Positions 1 to 9,509 of a stretch of 64,000 bases of DNA are shown in pieces (position 1 is the stretch's first letter; every line of letters begins with the position of its first letter). Under the pieces are notes generated by a model. The model was not told the DNA's origin. It worked only from the letters and a program-made list of their open reading frames with translations, and searched no databases. Source of the DNA: Acidobacteriota bacterium (GTDB taxonomy: Bacteria; Acidobacteriota; UBA890; WLXD01); assembly GCA_965248695.1 (NCBI GenBank), contig CBDFKD010000002.1, positions 3,936,001 to 4,000,000 on the forward strand. Direction: 5' to 3'. Position numbers and translations under genes: made by a program.

Positions 1-576
1 CGGGTTCACGATGATGGCACCGTGCCCGAGGACAACCCGTTCGTCGGCCGCGATGGAGCCCGTCCGGAGATCTGGAGCTACGGACATCGCAACCCGCAGG
101 GCCTGGTGGTCCACCCCGACACCGGCGACGTGTGGGTCAACGAGCACGGGCCCCAGGGCGGCGATGAGGTAAACCTCATCAGCCCCGGATCGAACTACGG
201 CTGGCCAGTGATCGGTTATGGCGTCAACTACGGAAGCGGGTCGGCGATTCACGAGGGCACGATGCGCGAGGACATGGAGCACCCGACGCATGTCTGGGTT
301 CCGTCGATTGGGGTTTCGGGCCAGATGATCTATACGGGCGACCGTTTCCCGGAGTGGCGCGGCAGCATGTTCAACGGCGGCATGTCGGGCGCGCAGCTGG
401 CGCGACTGAGCATGAACGGTACGGACATCGAGCTCGAGGAGACGCTGGTCGCCGGGCTGGGTCGCATCCGTGATGTGCGTCAGAGCCCGGATGGCTACAT
501 TTATCTCGCCATCGACGGCGAAGAAGACGAGGACCTGACCCCGGTGTACCGGCTCGAGCCGGCCGACGACCGCTAG
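1..576 (+). CDS. PQQ-dependent glucose/sorbosone dehydrogenase family protein, C-terminal part (5' end outside window)
   Basis: Motifs PEDNPF, EIWSYGHRNPQG, EHGPQGGDEVN, GSNYGWP and GRIRDVRQSPDG; frame open from base 1. Confidence 0.9.
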   Translation, partial: RVHDDGTVPEDNPFVGRDGARPEIWSYGHRNPQGLVVHPDTGDVWVNEHGPQGGDEVNLISPGSNYGWPVIGYGVNYGSGSAIHEGTMREDMEHPTHVWVPSIGVSGQMIYTGDRFPEWRGSMFNGGMSGAQLARLSMNGTDIELEETLVAGLGRIRDVRQSPDGYIYLAIDGEEDEDLTPVYRLEPADDR

Positions 577-667
577 CTGAACGACCGATAGGCAAAGCGC
601 AGCTGGCGCGGCTCGAGAGGGCGAGCGCCGAGAGCGGCAGCCCGACCGTTGCGGGGCGGGCCGACGG

Positions 668-1321
668 TCAGACGGAGAGACCGGTGTCGGGGCGCAGCGG
701 ATCTGAGAAGAATTGCAGCTCGCATCGCATCGCGTAGCGGTAGTTCTTGCGTACGGCTGGACTATCGACGCCAAGCTGGTCGACGATCGACTCGAGCTCG
801 TCGACCAGCTCGATGAACCCGGCGCCCGAATACGTCTCCACCCACTCCCGGTACGGGTTGTCGGCCAGATCGGCGCGAGCCAGCTCCCGACCGAGGTAAC
901 TGTAGAGCCGCATACAGGGCGTCATCGCGGCGACGATCTCGGCGACGGTGCCGGTCCAGGCGGCGCGGGCAAGGAAATCGGTGTACGCGCGTGCCGCCGG
1001 TGATGGCTCGACTGCGGCCAGATCGATGTCGAGCGTCGCGGCGAAGCGCGCGTGCAGCTCCAGCTCGTCGAGAACACCGCCCATGAGGCGGTGGAAACGG
1101 CGCATGAGCTCGAGGTTGTCGGAGCACTTGGCTGCGGCGAGCGCATAGGCTCCCATGAAGGCACGCAGAAAGAACGCATCCTGGGCGACGTACCGCCGGA
1201 AGGCCTCCACGTCGAGGGTCCCGTCGCCGAGCCCGCGCACCAATGGATTCTCCAGGCAGGCGCGCGCCAGATCGGAACTCTCCTCCCACAACGACTCGTG
1301 CAGGGGCGTATCGGGCGTCAT
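668..1321 (-). CDS. tenA: TenA family protein (thiaminase II / aminopyrimidine aminohydrolase)
   Basis: FRRYVAQDAFFL, AMTPCMRLY (catalytic Cys), NPYREWVETY and C-terminal ELQFF. Confidence 0.88.
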   Translation of the reverse strand: MTPDTPLHESLWEESSDLARACLENPLVRGLGDGTLDVEAFRRYVAQDAFFLRAFMGAYALAAAKCSDNLELMRRFHRLMGGVLDELELHARFAATLDIDLAAVEPSPAARAYTDFLARAAWTGTVAEIVAAMTPCMRLYSYLGRELARADLADNPYREWVETYSGAGFIELVDELESIVDQLGVDSPAVRKNYRYAMRCELQFFSDPLRPDTGLSV

Positions 1322-1425
1322 CGGTGAGGCACCCGTGGCTTGCCGGTCGTCTGCTTGATTCGCATCGATACGCCCCGCCTGAGGTCGATAGACACCTGCG
1401 TCCCGATGGCAGAGTCTAGGGGGTC

Positions 1426-2742
1426 ATGGACGAATCGGACACTCGCACCGCATCCGACGAGGTCGCGCTCCAGGCAACCAACGACGAGATCGAGCTGCTG
1501 TTCCGGCATGAGTCGCGACGACTGATCTCGGTCCTCACGCGCATCCTCGGCCCGCATAACCTGGCGCTGGCCGAGGACGTCGTGCAGGAGTCGTTCGTAC
1601 GCGCGGTGGACAGCTGGGCCCGCAAAGGCATCCCCGACAACCCTGGCGCCTGGCTGCTCACCACGGCACGAAACCGTGCTATCGATGTGATTCGCCGCGA
1701 GCGTACTCGCCGCACGTTCGCCAGTGACCTGGCCGTTTACCTGGATAGCGAGTGGACGCTCTCGCCGACCGTCGACGAGGCCTTCGCCGAAGACGGTATT
1801 CGCGACGATCAGCTGCGCATGATCTTCATGTGCTGCCATGAGTCACTGACGCCTGAGAATCGCACCACCCTCATTCTCAAGACCCTGTGCGGGCTCAGTG
1901 TCCCGGCGATTGCCCGCGCATTGCTCACCACCGAATCAACGGTCAACAAGCGACTGTACCGAACGCGGCAGCAGGTGCGCGGCCTGGAGTTCGCCATACC
2001 GCCCGAAGAGCGGCGCGCAGCGGCGCTGGCTACGGTGCATACCTCGTTGTACCTGGTGTTCAACGAGGGATACCTGTCGACCAGCGATCAACCGATTCTA
2101 ACGGAGCTCTGTCGAGATGCGCTGGCGCTTGTAGCTCTCCTGGCGGAAAGCTCGTCGCTGGCCAGCAGCGACACGATCGCGCTACTGGCGCTGATGCGAT
2201 TCAACACGGCGCGGCTGCCGTCACGCCTCGACGAGGAGGGGCGTCTCGTACCGCTGGATCAGCAGGATAGGCTGCTCTGGGACACGGAGCTCATTCGTCT
2301 CGGTTTCGTGGACCTCTCCCGTGCTTCGGGCATGGAGGCGGTCGCGGCCAGCCGCTACCACCTCGAAGCGGCCATCGCCGCCCGCCACTGTTCGGCGTCG
2401 ACGTTTGCGGCGACGGACTGGGAGTCGATCTGCCGGCTCTACGACCGCTTGCTGGAGGTGGAACCATCGCCGTTCGTGGCGCTTAACCGCGCCGTGGCGA
2501 TCTCCTACCGCGACGGTCCGGAGGCGGCGATTCCGCTGGTCGATCTCATCCGCGAGGAAGGCAAGCTGACACACAGTCACGCCGTCGCCGCCGTGCTGGC
2601 CAACCTGTATGCGCGAGCCGGCTACGAGGAACCGGCTCGCGCCTTCCTGGATGAGGCGTTGTCGCAAGCACGCACCGAGCACGAACGTGAGTTCATCGCC
2701 CAGCAGGTTCGGCGCGCTGGCACCGGCCTGGGGCCAACCTAG
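1426..2742 (+). CDS. ECF sigma factor with long C-terminal TPR-like extension (ECF42-like)
   Basis: LAEDVVQE, GIPDNPGAWL, DDQLRMIFMCCH, LYLVFNEGY, YHLEAAIAA and LNRAVA; adjacent to a YciI/DGPF gene. Confidence 0.9.
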   Translation: MDESDTRTASDEVALQATNDEIELLFRHESRRLISVLTRILGPHNLALAEDVVQESFVRAVDSWARKGIPDNPGAWLLTTARNRAIDVIRRERTRRTFASDLAVYLDSEWTLSPTVDEAFAEDGIRDDQLRMIFMCCHESLTPENRTTLILKTLCGLSVPAIARALLTTESTVNKRLYRTRQQVRGLEFAIPPEERRAAALATVHTSLYLVFNEGYLSTSDQPILTELCRDALALVALLAESSSLASSDTIALLALMRFNTARLPSRLDEEGRLVPLDQQDRLLWDTELIRLGFVDLSRASGMEAVAASRYHLEAAIAARHCSASTFAATDWESICRLYDRLLEVEPSPFVALNRAVAISYRDGPEAAIPLVDLIREEGKLTHSHAVAAVLANLYARAGYEEPARAFLDEALSQARTEHEREFIAQQVRRAGTGLGPT

Positions 2743-3104
2743 CCCTTCGGCATCTCCATGATCGGCCTGACACCCACCGTGCCTTCGGGGTGGTAGCTGA
2801 GAAACGGGCAGCCTTCGGCCAGGCGGGTCGCTTCTTCGAGAGAGTCGGCCGCAACCACTGAATAACCGCCGATCAGCTCCTTGACCTCCGCCATCGCCGT
2901 ATCGGTGGCGAAACCGTCGCCGTCGCGGCGCAGCGTCGCCCCCTCGGGCAGCAGCGCTGCTCCCGGATTGCGCAAATGGCCGGAGGCCTCGAGCTCCTTG
3001 AACCAGTCGTTCCACTCCTGCATCACGGATTGCATCTGCTCCGGCGTTCGCTTGTCCTTCCAATCAGGATCGCCGCCTTGATAGACCAACAGGTAGTCCG
3101 CCAT
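2739..3104 (-). CDS. YciI/DGPF-like protein
   Basis: MADYLLVY...W..WF.EL...G..L, EVKELIGGYSVVAADSLEEA..LA.GCP and GTVGVRPI; GAGGGAGA RBS upstream. Confidence 0.88.
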   Translation of the reverse strand: MADYLLVYQGGDPDWKDKRTPEQMQSVMQEWNDWFKELEASGHLRNPGAALLPEGATLRRDGDGFATDTAMAEVKELIGGYSVVAADSLEEATRLAEGCPFLSYHPEGTVGVRPIMEMPKG

Positions 3105-3155
3105 TTGGTGTCTCCCTCGGTGTCCAGTCGGTGAAATCCGATCCCATACCCGAAT

Positions 3156-3182
3156 GACGGCCGGAGGCGTCCGGTTAGGACA
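3156..3182 (-). promoter_or_regulatory. Candidate ECF42-type promoter of the YciI gene (TGTCCT-N17-CGTC)
   Basis: Minus strand reads TGTCCT aaccggacgcctccggc CGTC about 50 nt upstream of the ATG, resembling the ECF42 consensus -35 TGTCGA / -10 CG(A/T)C. Confidence 0.5.
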
Positions 3183-3326
3183 TGGTGCGCTCCAAGTCGT
3201 TCACATAAAGTACGGCCGCTGCCGCGTCGTCGACTGGTGACCCGCGGCATAGCTACCGATAGCAACGGTTCGATACGAACACTGGAGGCGGCGGTGAGAC
3301 CATGCCACGAGCGCGGCGCGACGCGC

Positions 3327-5702
3327 ATGGGGATCATGCTGCTGACGCTCCCCCTGCTACTCGGGGCGGCGCAGTCGAGCGACGACAAGGTCACGCGCGA
3401 GGACTACGCGCGTGCGGAGCGCATGCTCGGCTGGAACGCGACGAAGCTCGTGTACCACTACCCGGTATCGCCGCAGTGGATCGACGACACGGACCGATTC
3501 TGGTACCGCAAGCAGATACCGTCCGGCCACGAGTTCGTTTACGTCGACGCGACCACCAACCTGCAACGCTCGGCCTTCGACCACGTACGACTGGCGGCGA
3601 CGCTGTCGGCTGCTTCCGGGCATGCTTACGAGCCGTATCAGCTGCCATTCCAGAGTATCGAGTTGCTCGACGATGCCAAGACGCTTCGCTTCTGGGAGAC
3701 CTTGAAACGAGCCGAGGCCGATGAGGGCGACGGCGACGATACGACGGCGACCGACGCGGACTCGGAGCCTCCAGCGCGACGCTGGACGTGCGATCTGACC
3801 GCCTACGAGTGCATCGGACCAGAAGACATCGCCGCCGACCCCGAGAACGAGGTGCGCTCGCCCGACAATCGCTGGGCGGCGTTCACGCGCGACGAAAATC
3901 TCTGGGTACGGGAGCTGCAGTCCGACGAGGAGATCCAGCTCAGCCACGACGGCGAGGAGCACTGGGGCTACGGTCAGATCGGCGAGGGCTGCTGCGCGGA
4001 GGTGACCTCCCGGCGCCAGGAAATCAAACGGCCCCCGGCACTCGTCTGGTCGCCCGACTCGTCGAAGATCGCTACCATTCGCCTGGACGAGCGCGAAGTG
4101 CGCCAGATGCATCTGATCGAGACCCACCAGGGGCGGCCCTTATTGCATAGCTACCGCTACGCCCTGCCGGGCGACGAGATCGTGCCGACGTTCAGAGTCT
4201 GGGTTTTCGACGTTGGCGCCGGCGCGGGAGTAGAGATCGAGACGCCGCCGATCGAGGAGTTCTGGCCGCGGGAGCTGGATGTTCGTTGGGCTGCCGACAG
4301 CAGCAAGGTCTTCGTTCCGCATGAGCACCGTGGCCACAAGCGCATCACGCTGTACGGCGCCGACGCAACGACCGGCACCAGTCATGTCGTGCTCGAAGAA
4401 ACCAGCGACACCTTTGTCGACCTCAACATCAGCTTCAGCCCCGACGGCGGTGACTGGCAGGTGGTGGGCAACGGCGAGCAGGTCGTGTGGTGGTCGCAGC
4501 GAAACGGTTGGGGGCACTTCTATCGTTTCGATGGCTCCGGTGAAGGTCTGTTGAACCAGGTCACCAGCGGCGCCTGGACGACAGCGCGTATCCACCATTT
4601 GTCGGACGACGGCTGGCTGTATTTCGAGACCTACGGCAAGGAACCGGGTCTGTATCCCTACGCGGCGCAGCTGTATCGCGCTCGCATCGACGGGTCGCAG
4701 CTGCAACGGCTCACTCCCGAAGACGCGCACCACGCTATCGGCATGTCCGCATCGGGCAATTTCGTGGTCGACACGTACTCGATGCGCGACACCGCGCCGG
4801 TCACCGTGCTGCGGCGGGCCGACGGGCAGGCAGTGCGAACCCTGGAAGAAGCGGACATCAGCGCGCTGGAGGCGACGGGTTGGCGCCCGGCCGAGCCGTT
4901 CACGGTGAAGGCGCGCGACAACACCACCAATCTCTACGGGTTCCTCTACTTTCCGTCCGACTTCGACCCCGAGGCGAGCTACGCACTGATCGACTACATC
5001 TATCCAGGTCCCCAGATCGGTGCCGTCGGAGCGCGTGGATTTACCGCCAATCCGCGTGGCTTCGCACAGGCTCTGGCCGAGGTCGGCTTCATCGTCTTCC
5101 AGATCGACGCCACCGGCACCCCGTTCCGTTCCAAGTCGTTCCACGATGCCTACTACGGCGACATGCGTGACAACGGGCTGCGCGATCACATCGAGGCGAT
5201 CAAGCAGCTGGCGGTGCAGCGTCGGCAGATCGATCTCGACCGGGTGGGGATCTACGGGCACTCTGGCGGGGGGTTCTCGTCCACCGACGCCATTCTCAGC
5301 TTCCCGGACTTCTACAAGGTCGCGGTGTCGGGAGCTGGCAACCATGATCAGCGCAGCTACTCATGGGGCTGGGGGGAGAAGTACCACGGCTTGCTGGCGG
5401 AGACTCCCGGAGGCGGGGACAACTTCGACGCGCAGGCAAACCATCTGATCGCCGACCAGCTCGAGGGCAAGCTGCTACTGACCTACGGCTCACTCGACGA
5501 CAACGTGCATCCCAATGCCACGCTGCTGCTGGTGGACGAGCTCATCAAGCAGAACAAGGATTTCGACATGCTGGTGATGCCGAATCGGAACCACGGCTAT
5601 GCCAGCGAGCCCTACGTCGTCCGACGTACCTGGGACTACTTCGTCGAGCATCTCCTCGGCCAACAGCCGCCGACCGGATTCGAGATCCGGCGACCGGAGT
5701 AG
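3327..5702 (+). CDS. Secreted S9B dipeptidyl-peptidase IV-like serine peptidase
   Basis: Signal peptide, propeller region, IYPGPQ, nucleophile GHSGGG, DDNVH and NRNH triad. Confidence 0.92.
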   Translation: MGIMLLTLPLLLGAAQSSDDKVTREDYARAERMLGWNATKLVYHYPVSPQWIDDTDRFWYRKQIPSGHEFVYVDATTNLQRSAFDHVRLAATLSAASGHAYEPYQLPFQSIELLDDAKTLRFWETLKRAEADEGDGDDTTATDADSEPPARRWTCDLTAYECIGPEDIAADPENEVRSPDNRWAAFTRDENLWVRELQSDEEIQLSHDGEEHWGYGQIGEGCCAEVTSRRQEIKRPPALVWSPDSSKIATIRLDEREVRQMHLIETHQGRPLLHSYRYALPGDEIVPTFRVWVFDVGAGAGVEIETPPIEEFWPRELDVRWAADSSKVFVPHEHRGHKRITLYGADATTGTSHVVLEETSDTFVDLNISFSPDGGDWQVVGNGEQVVWWSQRNGWGHFYRFDGSGEGLLNQVTSGAWTTARIHHLSDDGWLYFETYGKEPGLYPYAAQLYRARIDGSQLQRLTPEDAHHAIGMSASGNFVVDTYSMRDTAPVTVLRRADGQAVRTLEEADISALEATGWRPAEPFTVKARDNTTNLYGFLYFPSDFDPEASYALIDYIYPGPQIGAVGARGFTANPRGFAQALAEVGFIVFQIDATGTPFRSKSFHDAYYGDMRDNGLRDHIEAIKQLAVQRRQIDLDRVGIYGHSGGGFSSTDAILSFPDFYKVAVSGAGNHDQRSYSWGWGEKYHGLLAETPGGGDNFDAQANHLIADQLEGKLLLTYGSLDDNVHPNATLLLVDELIKQNKDFDMLVMPNRNHGYASEPYVVRRTWDYFVEHLLGQQPPTGFEIRRPE

Positions 5703-5748
5703 TCGCTGCCTCGACGACGGCGCGCCGAGAGACGCCCAGAGATCGACT

Positions 5749-6915
5749 ATGGCACTGCACTTCACGATCGAGGAGTTCGAGGCGCGGCGCGGTGCGCTGA
5801 CAGGCCGGCTGACCGCCGCCGGACTCGATGGGTTGCTCATCTTCCGGCAAGAGTCGATGTTCTGGCTCACGGGCTACGACACCTTCGGCTACGTGTTTTT
5901 CCAGTGTCTGGTGCTCACGGCGGATGGCCGCATGGCGCTGTTGACCAGGGCGCCGGACCTTCGCCAGGCGCAGAACACGTCGATCATCGAGGACATCCGT
6001 ATCTGGGTGGACGGTGACGACGCAAAACCGGCCGCAGGGTTGCGTGATCTGCTCGATGAGCTCGGTCTGGCCGGGACTCGGCTCGGGGTGGAATACGAGG
6101 CCTACGGGCTCACCGGTCGCAATGCCCTGAGGCTCAACGCGGTACTGGCCGACTTCGCTACGTTGGAGGACAGGTCCGAGCTGGTGTCGGAGCTCCGACT
6201 GGTGAAATCACCGGCGGAGGTCGAGTACGTGCGCATGGCAGCGAAGCTCGCCGACGACGCCCTCGAGGCGGCATGGGAGCTGGCACGGCCTGGAGGCGAC
6301 GAGGCGGAGATCCTGGCCGCCATGCAAGGTGCGGTGTTCCGCGGCGGTGGCGACTATCCGGCCAACGAGTTCATCATCGGTTCGGGGCCCGACGCCTTGC
6401 TCTGTCGCTATTTCTCCGGTCGCCGCAGACTCGATGCCGAGGATCAGCTGACACTCGAATGGGCCGGCGCTTATCGTCATTATCACTCCGCGATGATGCG
6501 CACCGTGCCGATCGGACGGGTGCGCCAGGAGCATGAAGCGATGCACGCTGCCTGTGCCGAGGCGTTGCAGGCGTGTCGCGAGGCGCTGGCTCCTGGGCGG
6601 ACCCTCGGTGCGGTGTTCGACGCCCACGCGCGCGTCATGGACGCCCGCGGTTACGGGCATGCGCGCCTCAACGCTTGCGGCTATTCGTTGGGTACCACGT
6701 TTGCACCGAACTGGATGGACTGGCCGATGCTCTACCACGGCAACCCCGTCGTTTTGCGGCCGGGCCAGGTGTTCTTCATGCACATGATCCTCATGGACAG
6801 CGATCGCGGCCTGGCGATGACGCTGGGTGAGACGTTCCTGGTGACCGACGCTGGCAACGAGCGTCTGGGCCGGCTGTCGACGGATCTCATAACCGGGAGA
6901 CAATCCGATGCGTGA
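5749..6915 (+). CDS. M24-fold hydrolase (creatinase / ectoine-hydrolase-like branch)
   Basis: MALHFTIEEF..., WLTGYD, LRLVKSPAE and YHSAMMRT; GYSLG replaces metal-binding GHGIG. Start moved to ATG 5749. Confidence 0.85.
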   Translation: MALHFTIEEFEARRGALTGRLTAAGLDGLLIFRQESMFWLTGYDTFGYVFFQCLVLTADGRMALLTRAPDLRQAQNTSIIEDIRIWVDGDDAKPAAGLRDLLDELGLAGTRLGVEYEAYGLTGRNALRLNAVLADFATLEDRSELVSELRLVKSPAEVEYVRMAAKLADDALEAAWELARPGGDEAEILAAMQGAVFRGGGDYPANEFIIGSGPDALLCRYFSGRRRLDAEDQLTLEWAGAYRHYHSAMMRTVPIGRVRQEHEAMHAACAEALQACREALAPGRTLGAVFDAHARVMDARGYGHARLNACGYSLGTTFAPNWMDWPMLYHGNPVVLRPGQVFFMHMILMDSDRGLAMTLGETFLVTDAGNERLGRLSTDLITGRQSDA

Positions 6916-7318
6916 TTTCTCGATGCTGCTGCTGCGCGTGACGATGGGCGGTCTGACGGTGTTCTGGGGACTCGACAAGCTGGTGAACGTCGAGCATTCG
7001 GTGGCCGTCGCCGACGCCTTCTATCTGGGAATCGGGGCCAGTGCCTTCTTCCTCCAGGCCTTCGGTGTGGCGCAGACGGCGCTCGGCGTGCTGATCGTCG
7101 TTGGCCTCTACAGGCGCTACGCCTATCCGCCGCTGGTGCTGATCTCACTCGCCACCGCACTGGGAGTTTGGCGGTCGATCGTCGATCCGTGGGGCTGGGC
7201 CCTGGAGGGCACCAACGTCCTCTTCTACCCGTCGATCATCATCCTGGCGGCGTCGCTCGTGCTGCTCGGATTCCAGCAGGAAGACGCCTGGTCAATGGAT
7301 GCCTCGCGCCGCGGCTGA
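6908..7318 (+). CDS. DoxX-like membrane protein
   Basis: LLLRVTMG..VFWGLDKL, about 4 TM helices; overlaps upstream stop. Confidence 0.75.
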   Translation: MRDFSMLLLRVTMGGLTVFWGLDKLVNVEHSVAVADAFYLGIGASAFFLQAFGVAQTALGVLIVVGLYRRYAYPPLVLISLATALGVWRSIVDPWGWALEGTNVLFYPSIIILAASLVLLGFQQEDAWSMDASRRG

Positions 7319-7429
7319 GGCAGCCGATTCGAACATGGCGCGCATGCGTTTGCCTCGCGGACATCCGCCGGATAGCCTTGCCGCGCCTCGTTCTTCCGTC
7401 CTTTGAGCACGACATCTGAGGAGCACCGC

Positions 7430-8752
7430 ATGTCTCGCAAGCGCGTCATCATTCTCGGCGCCGCCGGCCGTGACTTCCATAACTTCAATACCTACTTCCG
7501 CGGTAATGACGGCTACGAAGTGTTGGCGTTCACGGCGACGCAAATCCCCGACATCGACGGCCGCACCTATCCGGGCGAGCTGGCAGGCGATCTCTACCCC
7601 GACGGGATCCCCATTCGCCCCGAGGACGAGTTCGAGGAGCTGATCCGGGAGCACAACATCGATGAGGCCGTGTTCGCGTACAGCGACGTTTCGCACGAGA
7701 CCTTGATGCACCTCGCCTCCCGCACCACGGCAGCCGGCGCCGACTTCCGCTTGATGGGCATGAAAACCGGGACCGTCAGTTCAGCCGTTCCGGTGGTGTC
7801 GATCTGCGCCGTGCGCACCGGCTGCGGCAAGAGCCAGACGACCCGACGAGTGGTCGAGATCCTGCAGGGACTGGGCAAGAAAATCGTCGTGATCCGCCAT
7901 CCGATGCCCTACGGCGATCTCGTGAAACAACGCGTGCAGCGCTTCGAGACGCTCGAGGACATGGACAAGCACGAGTGCACCATCGAGGAGCGCGAGGAGT
8001 ACGAGCCGCACGTTCGCCGTGGAGCGATCGTTTATGCCGGCGTGGATTACGGTGCGATCGTAGCGGAGGCTGAAAAAGAGGCAGAGATCATCGTCTGGGA
8101 CGGCGGCAACAACGATCTGCCGCTCATCGCGCCCGACCTGGAGATCGTCGTCGTCGATCCGCACCGGCCGGGCCACGAGGTCTCTTACTATCCGGGCGAG
8201 CCCAACCTGCGCCGGGCCGACGTGGTGGTGATCAACAAGATGGACAGCGCTGACCTGGAGAACATCCAGGAGGTGCGCGAGAACATCGCCGCCTGCAACC
8301 CCGGTGCGATGGTGATCGACGCCGCATCGCCGCAGTTCATCGATGGCGCCGAGGAGATCGCCGGCAAGCGCGTGCTGGTCATCGAGGATGGCCCGACGCT
8401 GACCCATGGCGACATGGAATACGGCGCCGGCGTGATCGCGGCGATGAAATACGGCGCCGACGAGCTCGTGGATCCGCGTCCGTTCGCGGTTGGCAGCATT
8501 GCCGAGACCTTCGAGAAGTACGACCAGACCGAGATGTGCCTGCCGGCGATGGGCTACGGCGACGAGCAGATCAAGGAGCTGGAGGAGACGATCAATGCCA
8601 CGCCGTGCAACCTGGTGCTGATCGCCACGCCCATCGACCTACGCCATTTGGTCGACATCAACGTTCCGGCGCTGCGGGTGACCTACGAGCTTCAGGAGCT
8701 CGGTACGCCGACACTCCAGCAGCCACTGGAGAAGTTCGTCGCGGATCGCTGA
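7430..8752 (+). CDS. COG2403 P-loop NTPase (cyclic 2,3-diphosphoglycerate synthetase-like)
   Basis: GAAGRDFHNFN, FTATQIP, RTGCGKSQT, RHPMPYGDL, EEREEYE, WDGGNND and EDGPTLTHG; GAGGAG RBS. Confidence 0.9.
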   Translation: MSRKRVIILGAAGRDFHNFNTYFRGNDGYEVLAFTATQIPDIDGRTYPGELAGDLYPDGIPIRPEDEFEELIREHNIDEAVFAYSDVSHETLMHLASRTTAAGADFRLMGMKTGTVSSAVPVVSICAVRTGCGKSQTTRRVVEILQGLGKKIVVIRHPMPYGDLVKQRVQRFETLEDMDKHECTIEEREEYEPHVRRGAIVYAGVDYGAIVAEAEKEAEIIVWDGGNNDLPLIAPDLEIVVVDPHRPGHEVSYYPGEPNLRRADVVVINKMDSADLENIQEVRENIAACNPGAMVIDAASPQFIDGAEEIAGKRVLVIEDGPTLTHGDMEYGAGVIAAMKYGADELVDPRPFAVGSIAETFEKYDQTEMCLPAMGYGDEQIKELEETINATPCNLVLIATPIDLRHLVDINVPALRVTYELQELGTPTLQQPLEKFVADR

Positions 8753-8847
8753 GCGCGCCGACGTCGGCCGGAAGCCTCGTAGCGGCTGTCCATCTCACTC
8801 TGGGAGCAGAAGGACGGGCGCTCGTCGAGTTGAGCATGATGGAGAAA

Positions 8848-8875
8848 TGCTGTTAGTGCGGTCACAATGCCAGCA
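8848..8875 (+). promoter_or_regulatory. FitA-type operator inverted repeat overlapping -10 and start codon
   Basis: TGCTGTTA-N12-TGCCAGCA, compare FitA site TGCTATCA-N12-TGATAGCA; contains CACAAT (8863-8868) ending 6 nt before the ATG. Confidence 0.65.
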
Positions 8876-9111
8876 TGGGAGTGCAAATCACGATTCGCGA
8901 CGTTCCCGAAAGCGTCAGGAACACGTTGGCGGGCCGGGCTGCTAGCGAGGGCAAGTCGATGCAGGAGTTCCTTCGCAACGAGCTCGTGCGGTTGGCCGGG
9001 AAGCCCACCATCGAGGAATGGTTGCGGGAGGTCCGCGCTCGCAAGAAGGCCACGGGTACGCGTATCAGCGCCGAAGAGATCGTCAATGCGGTGCGAGCCG
9101 ACCGCCGCTGA
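8875..9111 (+). CDS. Ribbon-helix-helix antitoxin (FitA/VapB-like)
   Basis: QITIRDVPE.VR..L..RAA..GKSMQEFL; TGA overlaps the toxin ATG. Confidence 0.88.
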   Translation: MGVQITIRDVPESVRNTLAGRAASEGKSMQEFLRNELVRLAGKPTIEEWLREVRARKKATGTRISAEEIVNAVRADRR

Positions 9112-9500
9112 TGCCCGTCGTCGATGCCACGGTGCTGGTAGCGGCGACCGCTGACCTGGGTGCCCGGGGTGATTGGGCCGAGACCACGCTCTCCGGATAC
9201 CTTGCCGCGCCGCAGATCGTCTATGCGGAGGCGGCCAACGCACTCCGACGACTCGAGGGCAAGGGCACGCTGACACCCTCCGAGGCAACCGCTGCGCATC
9301 GAGGCCTCTTCCGGGTTCCGCTCATGCTGTTCCCCTTCGAACCTCTTGCCGAGCGGGTATGGGAGCTGCGACCGAACCTCACGTGCTACGACGCCTGGTA
9401 CGTGGCGCTTGCCGAGGCTCTCGAATATCCGCTCGCCACGATTGACCGTCGGCTTGCGCGCGCACCTGGGCCGACCTGCGAGTTCCTGATCGCCGAGTAG
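9111..9500 (+). CDS. vapC: PIN-domain toxin VapC
   Basis: VVDAT, EAANALRR, NLTCYDAWYVALAE and ATIDRRLA acidic PIN residues; start at ATG 9111. Confidence 0.92.
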   Translation: MPVVDATVLVAATADLGARGDWAETTLSGYLAAPQIVYAEAANALRRLEGKGTLTPSEATAAHRGLFRVPLMLFPFEPLAERVWELRPNLTCYDAWYVALAEALEYPLATIDRRLARAPGPTCEFLIAE

Positions 9501-9509
9501 GGGTTGCGG

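Noticed and set aside
1322-1425. TPP riboswitch upstream of tenA
   Set aside because: No GCTGAGA or CTGAT...TAATGC...GGGA core; the spacer is short and shared with the sigma gene.
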